From Kudoa neothunni (lineage: Eukaryota > Animalia > Cnidaria), in the NCBI GenBank assembly GCA_964304625.1, contig OZ199839.1:6151000-6214999 (forward strand): a stretch of DNA of 64,000 nucleotides, written 5' to 3'. Shown in pieces: positions 50,151 through 64,000 of the stretch (position 1 is the stretch's first letter; every line of letters starts with the position of its first letter). The notes beneath the pieces are model-generated. The model had not been told where the DNA came from. It saw only the letters and a program-made list of their open reading frames with translations, and did no database searches. The position numbers were made by a program, and so were the translations under genes.

Positions 50151-52983
50151 GTAAATTTTAGCAATTCTTCACCCGAACACTGTCCGATACCTGTTCAATC
50201 TCCATTTTTTTCCAATTAACATCGATAATAATAATTTAATTTCTCCATTTAATAAACGTTAGACTTATTCAATGCAATAATGAGATTAACATGACATGTG
50301 TGAATTAAGTGGTTTCATCTAGTTTTTTCGGAAATTTTACTTGTTTTCATTAAGCAATAATCCAATAAAATTATTATATACATTGTTAGATGAAGGTTTT
50401 CTTCGAGATCTTCCTCGAATGTATTCTAATTTTTCTTATTTCAATTGCTTTTCAATAACAAAATGCCGAACTTATGTCAGAAGAGCTGTCACAAATGGAA
50501 TCATATGAGCGATATGATTATGATTATATGTTTTTTTATTTCTTTAAAGATTAATAAAATCTCTCCAAAACCGCTTTAGTACGATTTCGGTCACAAACTA
50601 AATTATCCCTGATAAGAGGATTTCTTTCCAATTTCAAGTTGTGATGGTCCATCTCTCGTAATCTAAGTATGAAAAAAAATTATTTATCATTATTGCATAG
50701 ACAATTTTATTTTATCCGGATCTAACATGATTATTTGGGGAAGTAAAACGGGGCCCAACTGTTTTTTGAAACTTGGAGATATTTGCTTTCTCAACGTTAA
50801 TAGGCGAATCAATTGGCGGCGAAAGTTTTGTGATTGAAATTGACAAAATTCTCAATGATAAATAAAAAAGTTTTCTTCGATAATCTAGAAAACTTTTAGC
50901 CGAGGAATGGTTTTGATAAATTTAGGGTAGAAATGTTTAATTTTTAATCAACGTTCTAAGGACAATTAAATATACTATTCAATAAACAAATTAATCAATT
51001 AATCAGAATTTGAATTTTTAACGTGTAAAAAAAAAGATGTGGTATTTTTATTATAACCATGTGTACGTAGATTTAATCGAACCCAATCCTAAAATGATTA
51101 TTAAATAATAATATATAAAAATTAATATAAATCCAACAATAACACACATAGTAGTTATGGAATTATTGTCAACAGTTTCATAACTTTAATTAAAAATTAC
51201 GCTATGTTTACGATATAAAAAATATATATTATTACTTAATACTTATAAAATTTTAATATTAAATTAATATATTAGTTAAAAAATAGATTGCATATAAAAT
51301 CTGCCAATTATGTTAACATTCCTTGTCAACATTTATACTAAAATCTAATTTTTAATTCTAATTTTATTTATCAAAAATGATTAGTTATATTAACAAATTT
51401 CTGTATAAAATTCGTACAAAGATTTTTTAAATAAGGTATCGAGTATACTGATAGTTTTGAATTGTCCATATTACTATAAAAAATTTATAAACTAACCATG
51501 ACGTTGGTAAACTTATATATTTATATTAATGTTAAAATAATACTTTTGTAATATGGAAAATAAGATGTTTTTGTTAAATATTCGAGTAGTCCATTTTTAG
51601 TATTTATCCACTTGAAATTGTAACATTTAAATATAGGAAAAATCTAATGAATGGTAATGAATAAGTTTTAAATTAAGAACTAGGAATAAGAAGAGAATAT
51701 TCAATGTTAATTGTAACAAAATGGAGATTGCACGAGTACACGGCAGTGTTCGAATGAAGAATTGCTAAAATTTAGAAGTCGTTATTTTTCGCTGTATATT
51801 TTATCACGATATTCTTTTATTTTATTATAAACAATCGTGAAAAATTTGGAGAAAAATCATTCGCATGATGGAGCTTTTCAGTTGCTACCCACTCCCCCAT
51901 TACCGGAGAGTGTATTGTCGGTTTTAGAGCGCTCGCGAGGTTAAAAATAATTGTTGAAATATTTAATTTTTAATAAAAAAGAAAAAAAGTATAAAAACTT
52001 TTTAAAATAAATTAAAAAGCAAACGAGACTAAAACTTAAATTGTGGTCAAGAATAAGTTTTTGTTAGTTGAATTATTTTAGATTTTTATACTTAAATTCA
52101 AATCAATATGTACTCAAGAATTACTTAAACTAAACCTTTACATTCGACATTTGATCGAATATATGTTTTTTTCGTTAATCTTTAATTTCTAATTATAAAT
52201 ACAACATTTGGCTCGTGCTCAAAAATTTACGTCTAATATTTTGCACGAAAATATTATTATATCTAATGAATCATAAAATATGATTTACGCATATCTTTAT
52301 CCGATAAATAGCTTCGCATCGATTTTATTATTGTCAAAAAAGAGAAGAAAAAAAATTCCAAACAATTAAATTAATTATCAGTAGTATTTATCTTATTTAC
52401 AGTTGTTTTCTTGTTAAAGTAGTTGGGGTTTTTTCATGTTGGGATAATTTTAGTAACAAAATTTTTTCTTTCTATAAAGAAATCCATTGCTAAAAATTTG
52501 TATTGAAAAGGGATACAGGGTTCTCCTCATATATGGTAGGGATTGCTGAAAATAAAATGAATCGAGAAGCGCTGGATTAGATGATTTGATCTAATTAGAG
52601 ACAAATTAGCCTGTTTTATCAATCCGTAAATTTCCATCTCCACAATGAGTTATAGAACGTACTTTCGCGGATACCGGAGGTTTACTTTAGTTTTAAGAGA
52701 ACCAATTTTGAGAAAATCTCCTTTAACAAATAATTAAGATAACGTATCGGAATTTTTTAAAATACTCTTGTTTGCTTCACTTTATTAGAGCTGCATATTA
52801 CATTCCAAACCAAATGAAAAAATTTTATTCCTGATCAATACGGTCACAAAATATTGTAGATTTATGAAAACATTTGATGACCGTTGTTTGTGAAATATGC
52901 CTCAAATATTTTTAATGGTTGTAATGTAATCTATTAACGTGTAATTATGTCCGCATAGAATTTTTCGGGGTGACATTTTAGAG

Positions 52984-53506
52984 CAGGGGTCTGAAACTTA
53001 CGCCACGCGGGCCTAACCCGACCCTTCAGTTATCTATACCCCCTGTCATGAATTAACAGCATAAAACTTTTTCATAATGTATAAAATACCCAAATGATTT
53101 TTAAGTTTTTTCAAGATCATTTTTCTAAATGTTATATGTTGTTGATGTAAATATTTTAACCAAGTAAAATTCATTTTCGTTGAATTGGAAAACTAGAATA
53201 AATATGATGATAAAATAAGGTAAAAATTATTTTTACAAAATTGTAATATATTTTGAAAAAGATAGGTACATCTCATGTTGTTTGAAATCATCCAATAAAT
53301 CGTTCTTTCACAAGGTAAGCGCAGGTTGATTACATTGGAAGTGAAAATTAAAAAAAATAATAGTATCATACGACGTACTTTTCTATTTTAAAAGACTTTT
53401 ATAAATTCTTTTATATTCAAAATTGAAATTATAATTAACAATAATTTAAAATTTATATGGATTAATTTTAATACTGCACGTCACCTATAAATGTTGCCAA
53501 CCCCTG
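52984..53506. mobile_element. hAT MITE
   Basis: Termini CAGGGGT.. and ..ACCCCTG with a perfect 8-bp TSD TTTTAGAG on both sides. Confidence 0.85.
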
Positions 53507-54593
53507 TTTTAGAGAATGTATTTTTCCGGGATTCAATTGTTGAGTTCAACTAGTTTTATCATTATTCTTTGGTAAAAAGCGACATTTTATCTGTAGTAAA
53601 CAGTCCAAACCTTTCTGTGGGGTTGATGACTGGTCTAATAAAATTAAAACTTTTCGATTCTTAACAAAAAGATTATTATTTAAATCTTATATTATTTGAT
53701 GGAAAATGCTAAATGTCATCCAAGAGTTATTCTACGTGTAATACCCAACAGAAAATTTCGTAATTCCTTCGAATCAATGCGGATCTTTAAATTTATCGAT
53801 CACAACCAAAAGAAGTTATCTCCCGCTTGGTTACTTGGTTAATCTGATACTAACACTGCAATCCTATTCTTCGAGAAAATTTTTTAACGAATATTTTTTA
53901 TAATGTGACGGGTTTTTCAATTAATTCATTAAATTTTGAGGTGTCGACGCTCCCAACCTATCCAAGCAGTCTTTTGAATCGGAGTCCATGGAATTTTTTT
54001 AAATCCACAAAGTTATCCTCTACTTTCGGAAACACTTTTGGGCCCAAATTCTTCTCTGGTAAGCGTGGGGTTTTCCGTAATGACCTAACCAGGTACTGAT
54101 TTTCTAAATGTCTTGCCTTGTAAACTCAATTATAAATTTAAGTATCCATACCTTAAGAATCACCTAAAACAATTTTTGTTGTCAGAAAAATAATAATTGG
54201 CTAATTTTTTATTCAATTGCAAGTGTGGCTTCAAACGCGAATGACCTATACATCTTTATATGAATATTTAAGAAAAAATAATTTGAAAATATTTAATATT
54301 TTTAATGTGTCACATTTTTGCACCGATTATGTTCTCTCTAAATTTCAAAAAGTTAATTATCTCGTAAAAGTTTATTTGATATTAATTGTTTTCGAGTCAT
54401 TCTGAAACCTCGCTAAACTCAGTCACGGACTTCAAAAAGCCACGTTATACGGGGGAATTTCGCAATCGGAAAACATTATCACGTTTGATCATTTTCGTTA
54501 AAATCTTTACTCCATATTTATAATTTAAGACAGAATATAGATACATAGATTCGGCGAACATTGCCTATTTACGCGCATGAATAACCTTCAACA

Positions 54594-55900
54594 TGAAACA
54601 AAGTGAAAACTCATTCGTCATGCACCAAATAAAACGCAGAGGCGATAAAATCTTGTTAAACCATTGTTTTTATGACAGGAAAAAAATATAGGGATCATCA
54701 ATTATGGAGATGCGATAAAGGAGGTTGTAAAGGACGCCTGTGGCCTTTTTGGGATGAAAAGATTAATAAACTTGAAGAATGTGGAATCCATAATCATGTA
54801 ATGTTAGAGGAGGATATAAATAAAATCATGTTTGAAAAAAAATTCGTAACGTTTCCGAGAATCAACAATACACCACAAGTGATATATATTCCTTCATTAC
54901 TACTCAAAATATTCGTAAAAGAATACAAATAGATGTTAATATCGAAAAAAACTTGGCAAACGCTAACTCACTTAACCTAAGAAACGAAACTTTTTGCTTT
55001 CATGATTCTGGGTCTATAGCAGACGATAGAATAATAATTTTTACAACTGATAAGAATATTCAACAACTGAATAATACGAATGTATGACTGGCAGGCGGTA
55101 CGTTTAATGTTGTTCCTGAAGATTTCTCTCAGTTGTATATCATCCATGGCAGAATGATGAGAAAATTCTTTCTTTAATATTTGTCTTAATGACTGAAAAA
55201 ACTCAAGCATTATATGAACAAGTTTTAAATATTTTAGAAAATAAGTTTTTTTCTATGTTTCCCCGAGAAAGTAATTAATCTAGAAAAGTCAGCTTTTAGC
55301 TCTTTCAAAAATGTTTCACAAAATACTAATATCTATCTTTGCATTTTTCATTTTAGCCAATGTATTTGGAGAAAAATACAAAATATAGGTGTCACCGAAT
55401 TTTATCTACACAACAATGATTTTAAATTGTATATTAAATGTTTTATCTCGTTATCGTTTGTACCATTTTTAGTATTTCTGACGAATTTCCTAAATTAAAA
55501 AATAAGTCAAGTTAGTTCGTTAATATTAATGTATCTCCATTTATAGAATATTTTGAAACAATTTTTATAAAAACATCCAAATATACTCATGAAACATGGA
55601 ACAGTTTCTAGAGTATTATCAATAATATTGATCTTACAACGAACTCTGCAGAACTTTTCCATCGTCATTTTTAGTCTCGATTCGATCAATTTCATTCAGT
55701 TCTAACAATTTTTCTGGAAAAATTAAAAGAAATTCAAAGTCTTGTAAAGCAAGATATTAAATATTTAATGTGTAACCCAGAATATTCCAATAAAACCCCT
55801 AGTTATTTAGAAAAACTTTAAAAAATAAAAACAATCTGACAAAATTATACAAAATATTACAGACTACATTATTTAGAGGCTACATCTAAAACTAATTCAT
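54594..55900 (+). pseudogene. Mutator (MULE) transposase remnant with a FLYWCH-like domain
   Basis: LWRCDKGGCKGRL..HNH, then a decayed W-A-(D)GTFNVVP..FSQLY block (~55088), LCIFHFSQCIWRKIQ (~55337) and TTNSAELFHRHF (~55636). Multiple stops and frameshifts. Confidence 0.85.
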
Positions 55901-56338
55901 GAAAGTTAAAATAATTATTTTGTTGCTAGTGAAAATGAGTATTATTTCATATAAAATAATGTATTCCTTAACAAAAACACGTTTTTATTTGTTCTTGCGT
56001 CATTATCGGCGAACTTTCGCCCTAGGATTGAATGATGGAGTATTTTTTCGGATGAAGATTATAAGTTTTTTGTCAGGCATTCTAGAGTGTGAACATTGAA
56101 AATGTAATCATTTTGAAACGACTATTTATTTTTTCCATAACTTATGGATTTTTATTTTGAATACTATTGTTCCTTAGCGAAACACATTGCTCTTGATCAA
56201 TCAGTTGAATTAAATCAATAGAATACCCCTTCAAATAAATCATTACAGATAATTATCAACAATGATAGAGATTATTCATCGTTATTCTTATTATTAAAAA
56301 CGATATTAATGTCGGGGAAGTGGAGAACTTTCCAATCA

Positions 56339-59300
56339 ATGCATCTTTTATATTTTTCTAGTACTTTTCATTATATTTTTATAATGAACAATTTTTAGTT
56401 TTCTTTGGAAAATGTGTTTTTACATCGGAAATTGATAATAATATGATAAAATATCATTTTTCGCAAACATCAGAAAAATACATTCTTTTTATTTCGGGAT
56501 ACAATATTGAAAATAGTAACAAAAAATGCGGTCTCCAGTTTTACGATAAAGACGAGTCGACGTTAAAAAACATTCCTACGTGCACTACGGATATAAAAGG
56601 TAACGATGATGTCCAAACTTCGAAAATGTGCATTTACGAGTGCAAAAAAACAGAATTGAAGTTTAGTGGGGATGAATTTAAAAAAATTAAATATTTAAGA
56701 TGGTGTCAAGGGAAAAATGACGATGATGTAAAAAAATGCTATACTAAAAGAATTTTTTCATTCGAGGGTATTTAAATCTTTATGTATATAAAAACCACTA
56801 GATATTATTATAGACATTTCAATAAAAACTATTTTTGGAGTGGAAAAGGCGAATGATGAATTTACAGTTAAAGTTAAAAGCAAAAACAATATGGGTTTCA
56901 CTCATAAAGAAAACTCTGATACTGAAATAATTCAAACACCTAACACTTCATTTTACACAGAATCATCGGTAAAACTTAAATCGAAATCATATAAATCAAA
57001 ATATATTCTTGAATTTAACGATAAATCTCCCGAAATATATCTCAATCCAAAAAAACCAGCTGAAGATTGGTTTATTGCATCTGGAATAAAACAAACTACT
57101 AATTCCAAACATTATTACACACTACAATTACAGAACCCAGAACCATCAAAGTTGTGCTACTTTGGTATAAAAGAAATTAACGATTCACACTTTTCGTCCT
57201 CTTGCTCAGATATGAATAAAGCGGGACCATGCATACAACCTTGCTATAAAGCAACATTGTTGCATTCAAGTGATTTTAAATTCGCTCAAGTGCTTGTTAA
57301 ATCAATCATTCAATCAACTTCAAAAGAATTCATTCAAACTGTGACATGTATTTATTTAATTTCATTATACTTTTAATTGACATTGTAGTTGGCAGCAATC
57401 AACCTCTCGTTGTCCGTACAATTAATAATAGCGAAGTAACGTTAGATTTATCTAACTTGAATAAAAACGAAGATGACACTTCAGGGGATGGAGCAGTGAT
57501 TACAGAAGTAAAAATAATGGAAAAACACTTTGGGATCGAAAAGGTCGGCGATGATGCAATATGTAAAGAAAGTTGCACCAGTTTCGCTTCAAAAACTATA
57601 ACAGGACTTTCACCGTTAACTGAATACATTCTAAAAATTAAAATAATAGGCTTAAAAACTTTAGATTCAGCTGAAGTGAAACATTATCATCGATATTTTT
57701 ATTTCAAAACCAAAGGTAATACGATATTGAAAGATTTAAATAAATGCTTAATTAGGGAATGAATTTCAAAATGGTAAAGAAATCTCAGTATTGCCTAATA
57801 TGGGTCAGCATACACAACTATCGCTAACTACCACCAATCTTTTTCCAGCGGGGTTTATAAATGACGCCAAATGTGAACTGTATTACTTTGAAGATGGAAA
57901 TGAGCCATCAAAATTCCCTGCTACTTGCGAGAAAAAACAATGAAAAATTTTTTTGTTCTGATGCTTGTAATAGTCCTTTTACGATTGTAAACCTTAACCC
58001 AAAAACAAACTACAAAATCATTGTTTGCTCCGACGGTTTCACTTGTGCTACTAGCTCGACTATTTCCAGTATTTTTTTATATAATAACATAATAGTTATT
58101 TTATATAGCCAGTGGCATCGTCTTAACTGTAGAAAAACCAGCAGATGATACTGCAGTGAAAATTACTGCTATCACGTCCTCAACGTCAGGTTCTTTTGGA
58201 GATTTATGGGGATATATTCTTTTGGAGAAAGAATCTAAAAAAACCATTTTGGACTGTTTAAATAGCGTATGTGATCCTGCGGTACAAACATCGGGAATTA
58301 TCTCACTTGATATTTCATTGAAGACTATTGATGTTGCAATGATATACGAATTAATAATTATTAATAAAGATTTCGCAAAACCAGTGAAATTAACAATCAC
58401 AAGTAACTTAACTAATTTATAACGTAAATTTAATTATTCTAGGAGATATGGAAGTGACAGAGAATGAATTAACATTAAAGTATTACACAGCATTGAAGAA
58501 ATACAAAGTGAAATTATGGGAAGATATAGTAATTCACTCAAACTTTGTATGTTCGATAAAAAAATTTAATTCTCAATTATCTGAATATGAAAATGCTGGC
58601 GAAAATAATTCTAAAATTGAGAAAATCTGTGATAGATTTGATGGATTGGAATCGATTATTGATCTTAGTAGTGAAGACAAACTGAATTATATTTCCGTTA
58701 GATATTTTTTTGTTAATTATGGAATACGCGCCACTTCTGACGGAACTAATATGGTGGTCAAGATGAATAAATCTTTAGAAGAAATCAAAGATCGCGATTA
58801 CAAGAAAGATTTCGAGCTTTTTTTAACCAATATAACACCATTTAATCAAATCAATATACATGACATGTACTATATAGGAAGAGTCTATTCATCCTACACA
58901 GGTAAAACTAAAATGTACACTAAATTTAAGGTTGTTAAGATTATTTCGAGGAGATTCCGCATATAGCAACATTGCATCAAGATCAAATAAAATTACAAAC
59001 GAAAAAGTGTTCTCTAAACTGCGAAAGATTTAAGGGTGAACATAAAATGAATCATATAATGGAAACTCAAGATCATCAAGATTGTACTTTTGGAAGTTAC
59101 CCAATCCAATTTGATGAGTTAGTTGAAGATTATTTTATAAGTTGCCCAAAACATGTTGACTTTCATTATTTTTATGATAATACTTTTGTTAAAAATACTG
59201 CACCAATTTTTAGCAGGTTTTATTATGAATTAGCTGTAGATGAAACAAACAATAATCTAACAGTTAAGCTGGTTAACGAAGAACCGTTTAATATATGCAC

Positions 59301-62300
59301 ATTTGAATGGATAGATGCTACATCGTCATCTCAAAATAGATTTTATTCAAACATTTGTAAGAATAATAAAAACTGTGTTTACAGCTTGTGTAGTAATGTT
59401 ACGTTTGATAATATTCCAGAAGATGTGAAAGCAGTAAAATTGCGTGTTCTCAAATTAGGGATGGAGCCCACTATTGGTTATCAAAACAATATTTACATAC
59501 GTAATTGTTTATATTCAATAAAATATAATTAAGTATTTTAGTGAAACATGGAAATGACGTTCCTGTTCCTACATCTGGTGATAAAATTAAAATTGATATC
59601 TCTTCAAATAACAAGGATGAAAACGGTGAAGCTATAACTAGTTCAATACAACCAACTTGTTATCTGCAAATGTGGAACGCATATGCTCCACTGGTTAAAG
59701 AGAATGGAAGAAAAATTGTTGGTAGTCCAGAAAATTGTAACTTTGCGAAAATGGATATACCAGCTAACCCAACTGATGTACCCAACGATATTATGGCTGA
59801 AATAATCGGTATACCGCATTATTCACTAAGAAAATACTTTTATCATAAAATAAGTATATAATTTAATTATAATAAAAGATATTTATATTATACTAGCTCA
59901 AAAAAATATGTTGTCTAGTGGGTCTATATCAGTTACTGTAACCACTGATGGATTCAAATTTACACCTGATTCTACAGTTACAACAATCACATGTTCCATT
60001 TATGTGAGAGAACATAATAAATTATATTATTATCCTGCAATATGTACAGGAAGTGAATTGTGCGTAAAAAAATGCAATGATGAATTTACCATTGTGGGGT
60101 TATACTCTGGTGAAACCTATGATATAAAAGTTGGTACCAAGTGGGGAATTACAATTCTGTAATTTTGGAAAATAAGAAAACAAGTAAAATTATTTATTTA
60201 ACATCAAATAAATAATAATTAGCTGGCGAAACCATTGACTTTGAAATTTCGACAGAATCTACAAAAAATAATCTCAGAATAATTTCAAAAACAGGTATTG
60301 ACGATGCTAGTACTAAAAATTGCTATTATCAGTTTTATGTTCATGAAGGAACAGACAGTAATAAATATAATCTTATTTATGTAATTATCTCTTAGATTCA
60401 CCAACTAAAATATTGCAATCATGTGTTGGATGTGCAAATGATAGTGGAGATATTAAAAATTGCGATGATATTCAGTTCGGATCTTCCTTATATAACAAAA
60501 AGTATAACTACAGATTAATGATATACGTAGGTGAAAAATCTCCTCCATTTAAAATGGCGATTCCAGGTATAATTTTTATGTAATGTTCTTATATCAAACG
60601 TCATATTTGCAGTCAATCTCGACACAACAGATCAGTCAAAATCAATTAATTTTCAAAAAATAATCATTAAAGGTGATATATCTAGTTTATTCTAATATAT
60701 TCTCCCACCGAGATGACCTAGAAAGTTAACCTAACAATTTTCAATATAAATTATTGCAGTGAGACCAAATGATTTGTTTGAAAATTCTAAAATTGTCAAA
60801 TTTAGTTTATTTTGATCGATGATCTTCTATCTAATCACTAATTATTTCCTGATTGTAAATAAATTTTCAATTGAACTGAGGTATGTTAAGTATTTGATAG
60901 AAATATAATATTTAAATTTTAATCAAGAATCACAATTTCAAGACTTTTTGAGTTGTGTAATCTAATATATTCATTAACGAAAACTGGGTTTTTTAAGCCC
61001 TTTTTCCAACAAGTCGTCATTTACCCAGTGAGAGAAAATTTTATTCTTCACCAATTACAACATTTACTCGAATCATTTGTTAAATTATACAGTTTTTATC
61101 GATGGCTACCATCACAAAAATGTTTCTGATCGTTTCTGCTCTGATGGTTAAACACGAGAAGTTTCAGGTCGTAAGAATCTGAATCAGACAAGCTCTCAAT
61201 ATCGTCATGGGAACGATCCATAATTAATTTTTATATAATATAACTAAACATAGTCTTTATATGTTTGGAAAAAATATATTCATATATATTAAACTAAAAA
61301 GTAAATATAACGATAGAGATTAGTTTAAAATATACAAGTTTTGAAATTAGCATGTCAAAGTTCACTGAATTTATCTTTAGGCGATGATTTCGAAAACTTG
61401 TTTTTCATGTAGAGAGAAAACAATATTTTAATTAATTTAAAATATTAATTATACGATTTATATATTTCTTTCTATTATTAACGTTCATGAAGTTATTATA
61501 TTAGAGTTTTCATCCCGAGAAATTCAATATCACAATCTCTACATTTCTAATATATTTTTTTCTTTAAATTTTCATTTAAAAAATGCATGAATACTTAAAA
61601 TATGGCGGTTATTTTAAACCTAAATTGCGTCCATCTGTGTTATGCATATATTTTGTCAATTATTGTGTTATTACATATAGATTTGAAGTAATTTTTAATG
61701 TTTTAAAACAAAAGATTCTAAATAGTTAGAATATATGTTTAAAGACTAAAAGTGCCGAATTTAATTATAAGTTGCGAGTTTGGTTGCAGTAATATCGTTT
61801 TTGATCCAGAAATCTTATAATTTATTTTATTAATTGTTCTGGTAGCCTTGTCTGGATTTGGAAAACTAACACAGAAATTTGGTCAGCAAAATAATAATGA
61901 TATTGGAAAACTCTCCGTAACATTGTCAGAATTTCCCAATGGTTATAAATGCAATATAAAAATCCAACTTTGAAGCTAACCATGATTTTATCAAACCAAC
62001 GTGCGCTCAAGATAATGATACTGAGTATTGCTTGGTAGGATGTGAATCAGCCGATATCGAGATTGGATATATAAATTCGAAAATAGATCGTTATATATCA
62101 GTTTGCTATAGTGAAACTGACGAGAAAGCAAAATCTTGTAAAAATGTGAACGTATTCGCCATAACATGGGTAATTAGAATATTTATTCTATTCCTATATC
62201 TAAATAAATGATATAAATAACATATTATTTAATAAATTTTAATTATTATTTAGGAACAATACAAAAAAATACTTATCAATTAAATCACGAAGGGAATGAA

Positions 62301-63856
62301 ATCCGATTTACCTACAAAACAACATCAATAACAGGATGGAAGGTGTATGTGGATGGAAATGAGAATTCCATTAGCCAATCTAAGGAAACTGAATTAAACG
62401 TGAATAATTATTCCGACACTGTTGAAACTAAACCAACTAATCTCCCGGTCGATAGATATATAAATTATTATAAAATTGAATCCAGCCTTTTGTGGCCTGC
62501 ATTATTTTATTACACAAACAATACATTCCTTAATAAAACTATTACTATAAGATCTCAAATTATTTATTCTGTATCAACTATTGAAAATAACAATAATCAA
62601 ATTAAATTAAATTTCACTCCAGGCCCCTATAACGATGAGATGTGCCACATTAAAGTATATGAGGTGAATGATGATGATGATGATCCCGATAAAATAGACA
62701 GTGTATTGAATGCTTGTGGGGACTTTGGCGGATGGGTGCTATCAACTTTGTCAAGATGGTACCATTAATTTATCCAAAAGTTATCAAAAGGTTGGAGTGA
62801 TTGTAAAACCAAGATTTGGTTCCACTGGATATAAGCAATATTTCACAAGTAATGTATAATTACGTTCGTATAATTTATATTTCAATAGGGGGTGACCTTG
62901 GTTTTAATTTGAGCGAAATCACTGAAACTGGCGTCACACTTTCCAGACTTAATAATTATAAGAACATTAAAACAGGCATTAATTCCCAAACATGCACCAT
63001 TAAAATATCAAGAGCCAATACATTATTCACTGAAACTAGTGCTATATGTAATAACGGAAACTGCAACAACAGTTGCGATGAGTCATATTCCATTATCGGC
63101 CTTTCGGCTGGAACAAATTATTTAGTTTCAGTGACGATCACTGATCTTGGTGTGAATGAGCCTTACATCAAAAAAATGATTTTCAGAACAAGTAACTATG
63201 AATGAAAACCATTTAAAATACAAAGTTTTAGGTGGTGGGACGGTATTGACAGATTCAGATATTGAGAATACAGTGAATGGTGTAACTGCCACATTGACAC
63301 CATTTACCAATGTGGATTCATCGTTAATATGCAGAATTCATCTTAAAAAGAAGGGCGCATCGACCCCAAAATTCATGGCTACATGTGAAGGATTAGGGGC
63401 TTGTGAGAACAAATGTCACAGTTCGTTCAAGATTACAAACTTACAATTCGGGGGTAACTTATGGAGTAATCATCGAGCCAACTGATGGTTACAAGGAAAA
63501 AAATATTGATATTACCACGCGTAACAAATATATCTGAACTATAAAATTAATTACATTGGATTTTAGTTAATATTGTTACGCGTATAAGTTATACGCTGGA
63601 CGAAGAAAGTGACATGAAAATTGACGTAATCTTTGAAGGTAAAAATGACAATAATAAATGTCCATTCATGCTGCATGAGAAGACTAAAAGTGGCATTCCA
63701 GAGCCTGCAGTTACCTGGTGTAATGGTGAAGAGGAATGTTCAGCCAATGGATGTAACATTGATGTTAATGGATTATTGAAGGAGAAGGATTACAGATTAA
63801 CAGTGAAAGTGAAGGACCATTCAACCTATCAAATCCACGATATTCCATGTAAATAA
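56339..63856 (+). CDS. Large secreted or surface protein of tandem FN3-like modules with conserved cysteines; 3' end probably beyond the window
   Basis: Spliced hydrophobic start MHLLYFSIFFGKCVFTS. About 16 further exons, many ~90-100 aa, joined by short introns (phase 1 where checked). Recurring FN3 tyrosine-corner motifs ITGLSPLTEY, IVNLNPKTNY, IVGLYSGETY, IIGLSAGTNY and VNGLLKEKDY. Confidence 0.7.
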
Positions 63857-64000
63857 AATTATTTTAATTAATTGTATATTTTAACCTATAATAATTGTAT
63901 TTTATGGAATAAAGATTCAAAAATCAAAAAATTATTGGGGTATTTGAAATATAGTTATATATTTTTAATTATGATTTTAGTATAATTAATTTAAAAATGG

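Noticed and set aside
53700-54120. Stop-codon reassignment suggested by in-frame TAA/TAG in a protein-like frame
   Set aside because: Conserved genes in the window have no in-frame TAA/TAG and end at TAA or TGA, and gag ends at TAG, so the standard code applies.

Overview
Eukaryotic, very AT-rich genomic DNA with many short (mostly ~30-60 nt) GT-AG introns. The gene set (WIP-like, GRIP golgin, PTTG1IP-like, FN3-like) suggests an animal with a compact, fast-evolving genome; the exact taxon cannot be read from the sequence. Host genes: PSTK (-), GCAT (+), a type II PI4-kinase with an intron-free CDS (+), a GRIP-domain golgin (-), a WIP/verprolin-like protein (-), an orphan multi-exon gene (+), a PSI/PTTG1IP-like membrane protein (-), MCM5 (-), TRAPPC2 (-), and a large signal-peptide-bearing protein built from tandem Cys-containing FN3-like modules (+) that probably runs off the window end. 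Intergenic DNA and long introns are full of transposons. One is an intact, recently inserted 4165-bp Ty3/Gypsy (Mag-like) element with identical 117-bp LTRs, a 5-bp TSD and a -1 frameshift site followed by a predicted pseudoknot. The rest are piggyBac, Mutator, hAT, pogo/Tigger, Helitron and tRNA-SINE relics, often nested. Single-base indels in homopolymer runs in MCM5, GCAT and the FN3-like gene are most likely assembly errors. No CRISPR array, rRNA or convincing tRNA gene was found. I cannot show a wholly new biological system. The best candidates for undescribed biology are the FN3-like/4-Cys repeat protein, the minimal retroelement with its recoding signal, and the WH2-less WIP. All homology calls are from manual motif recognition, not database searches.
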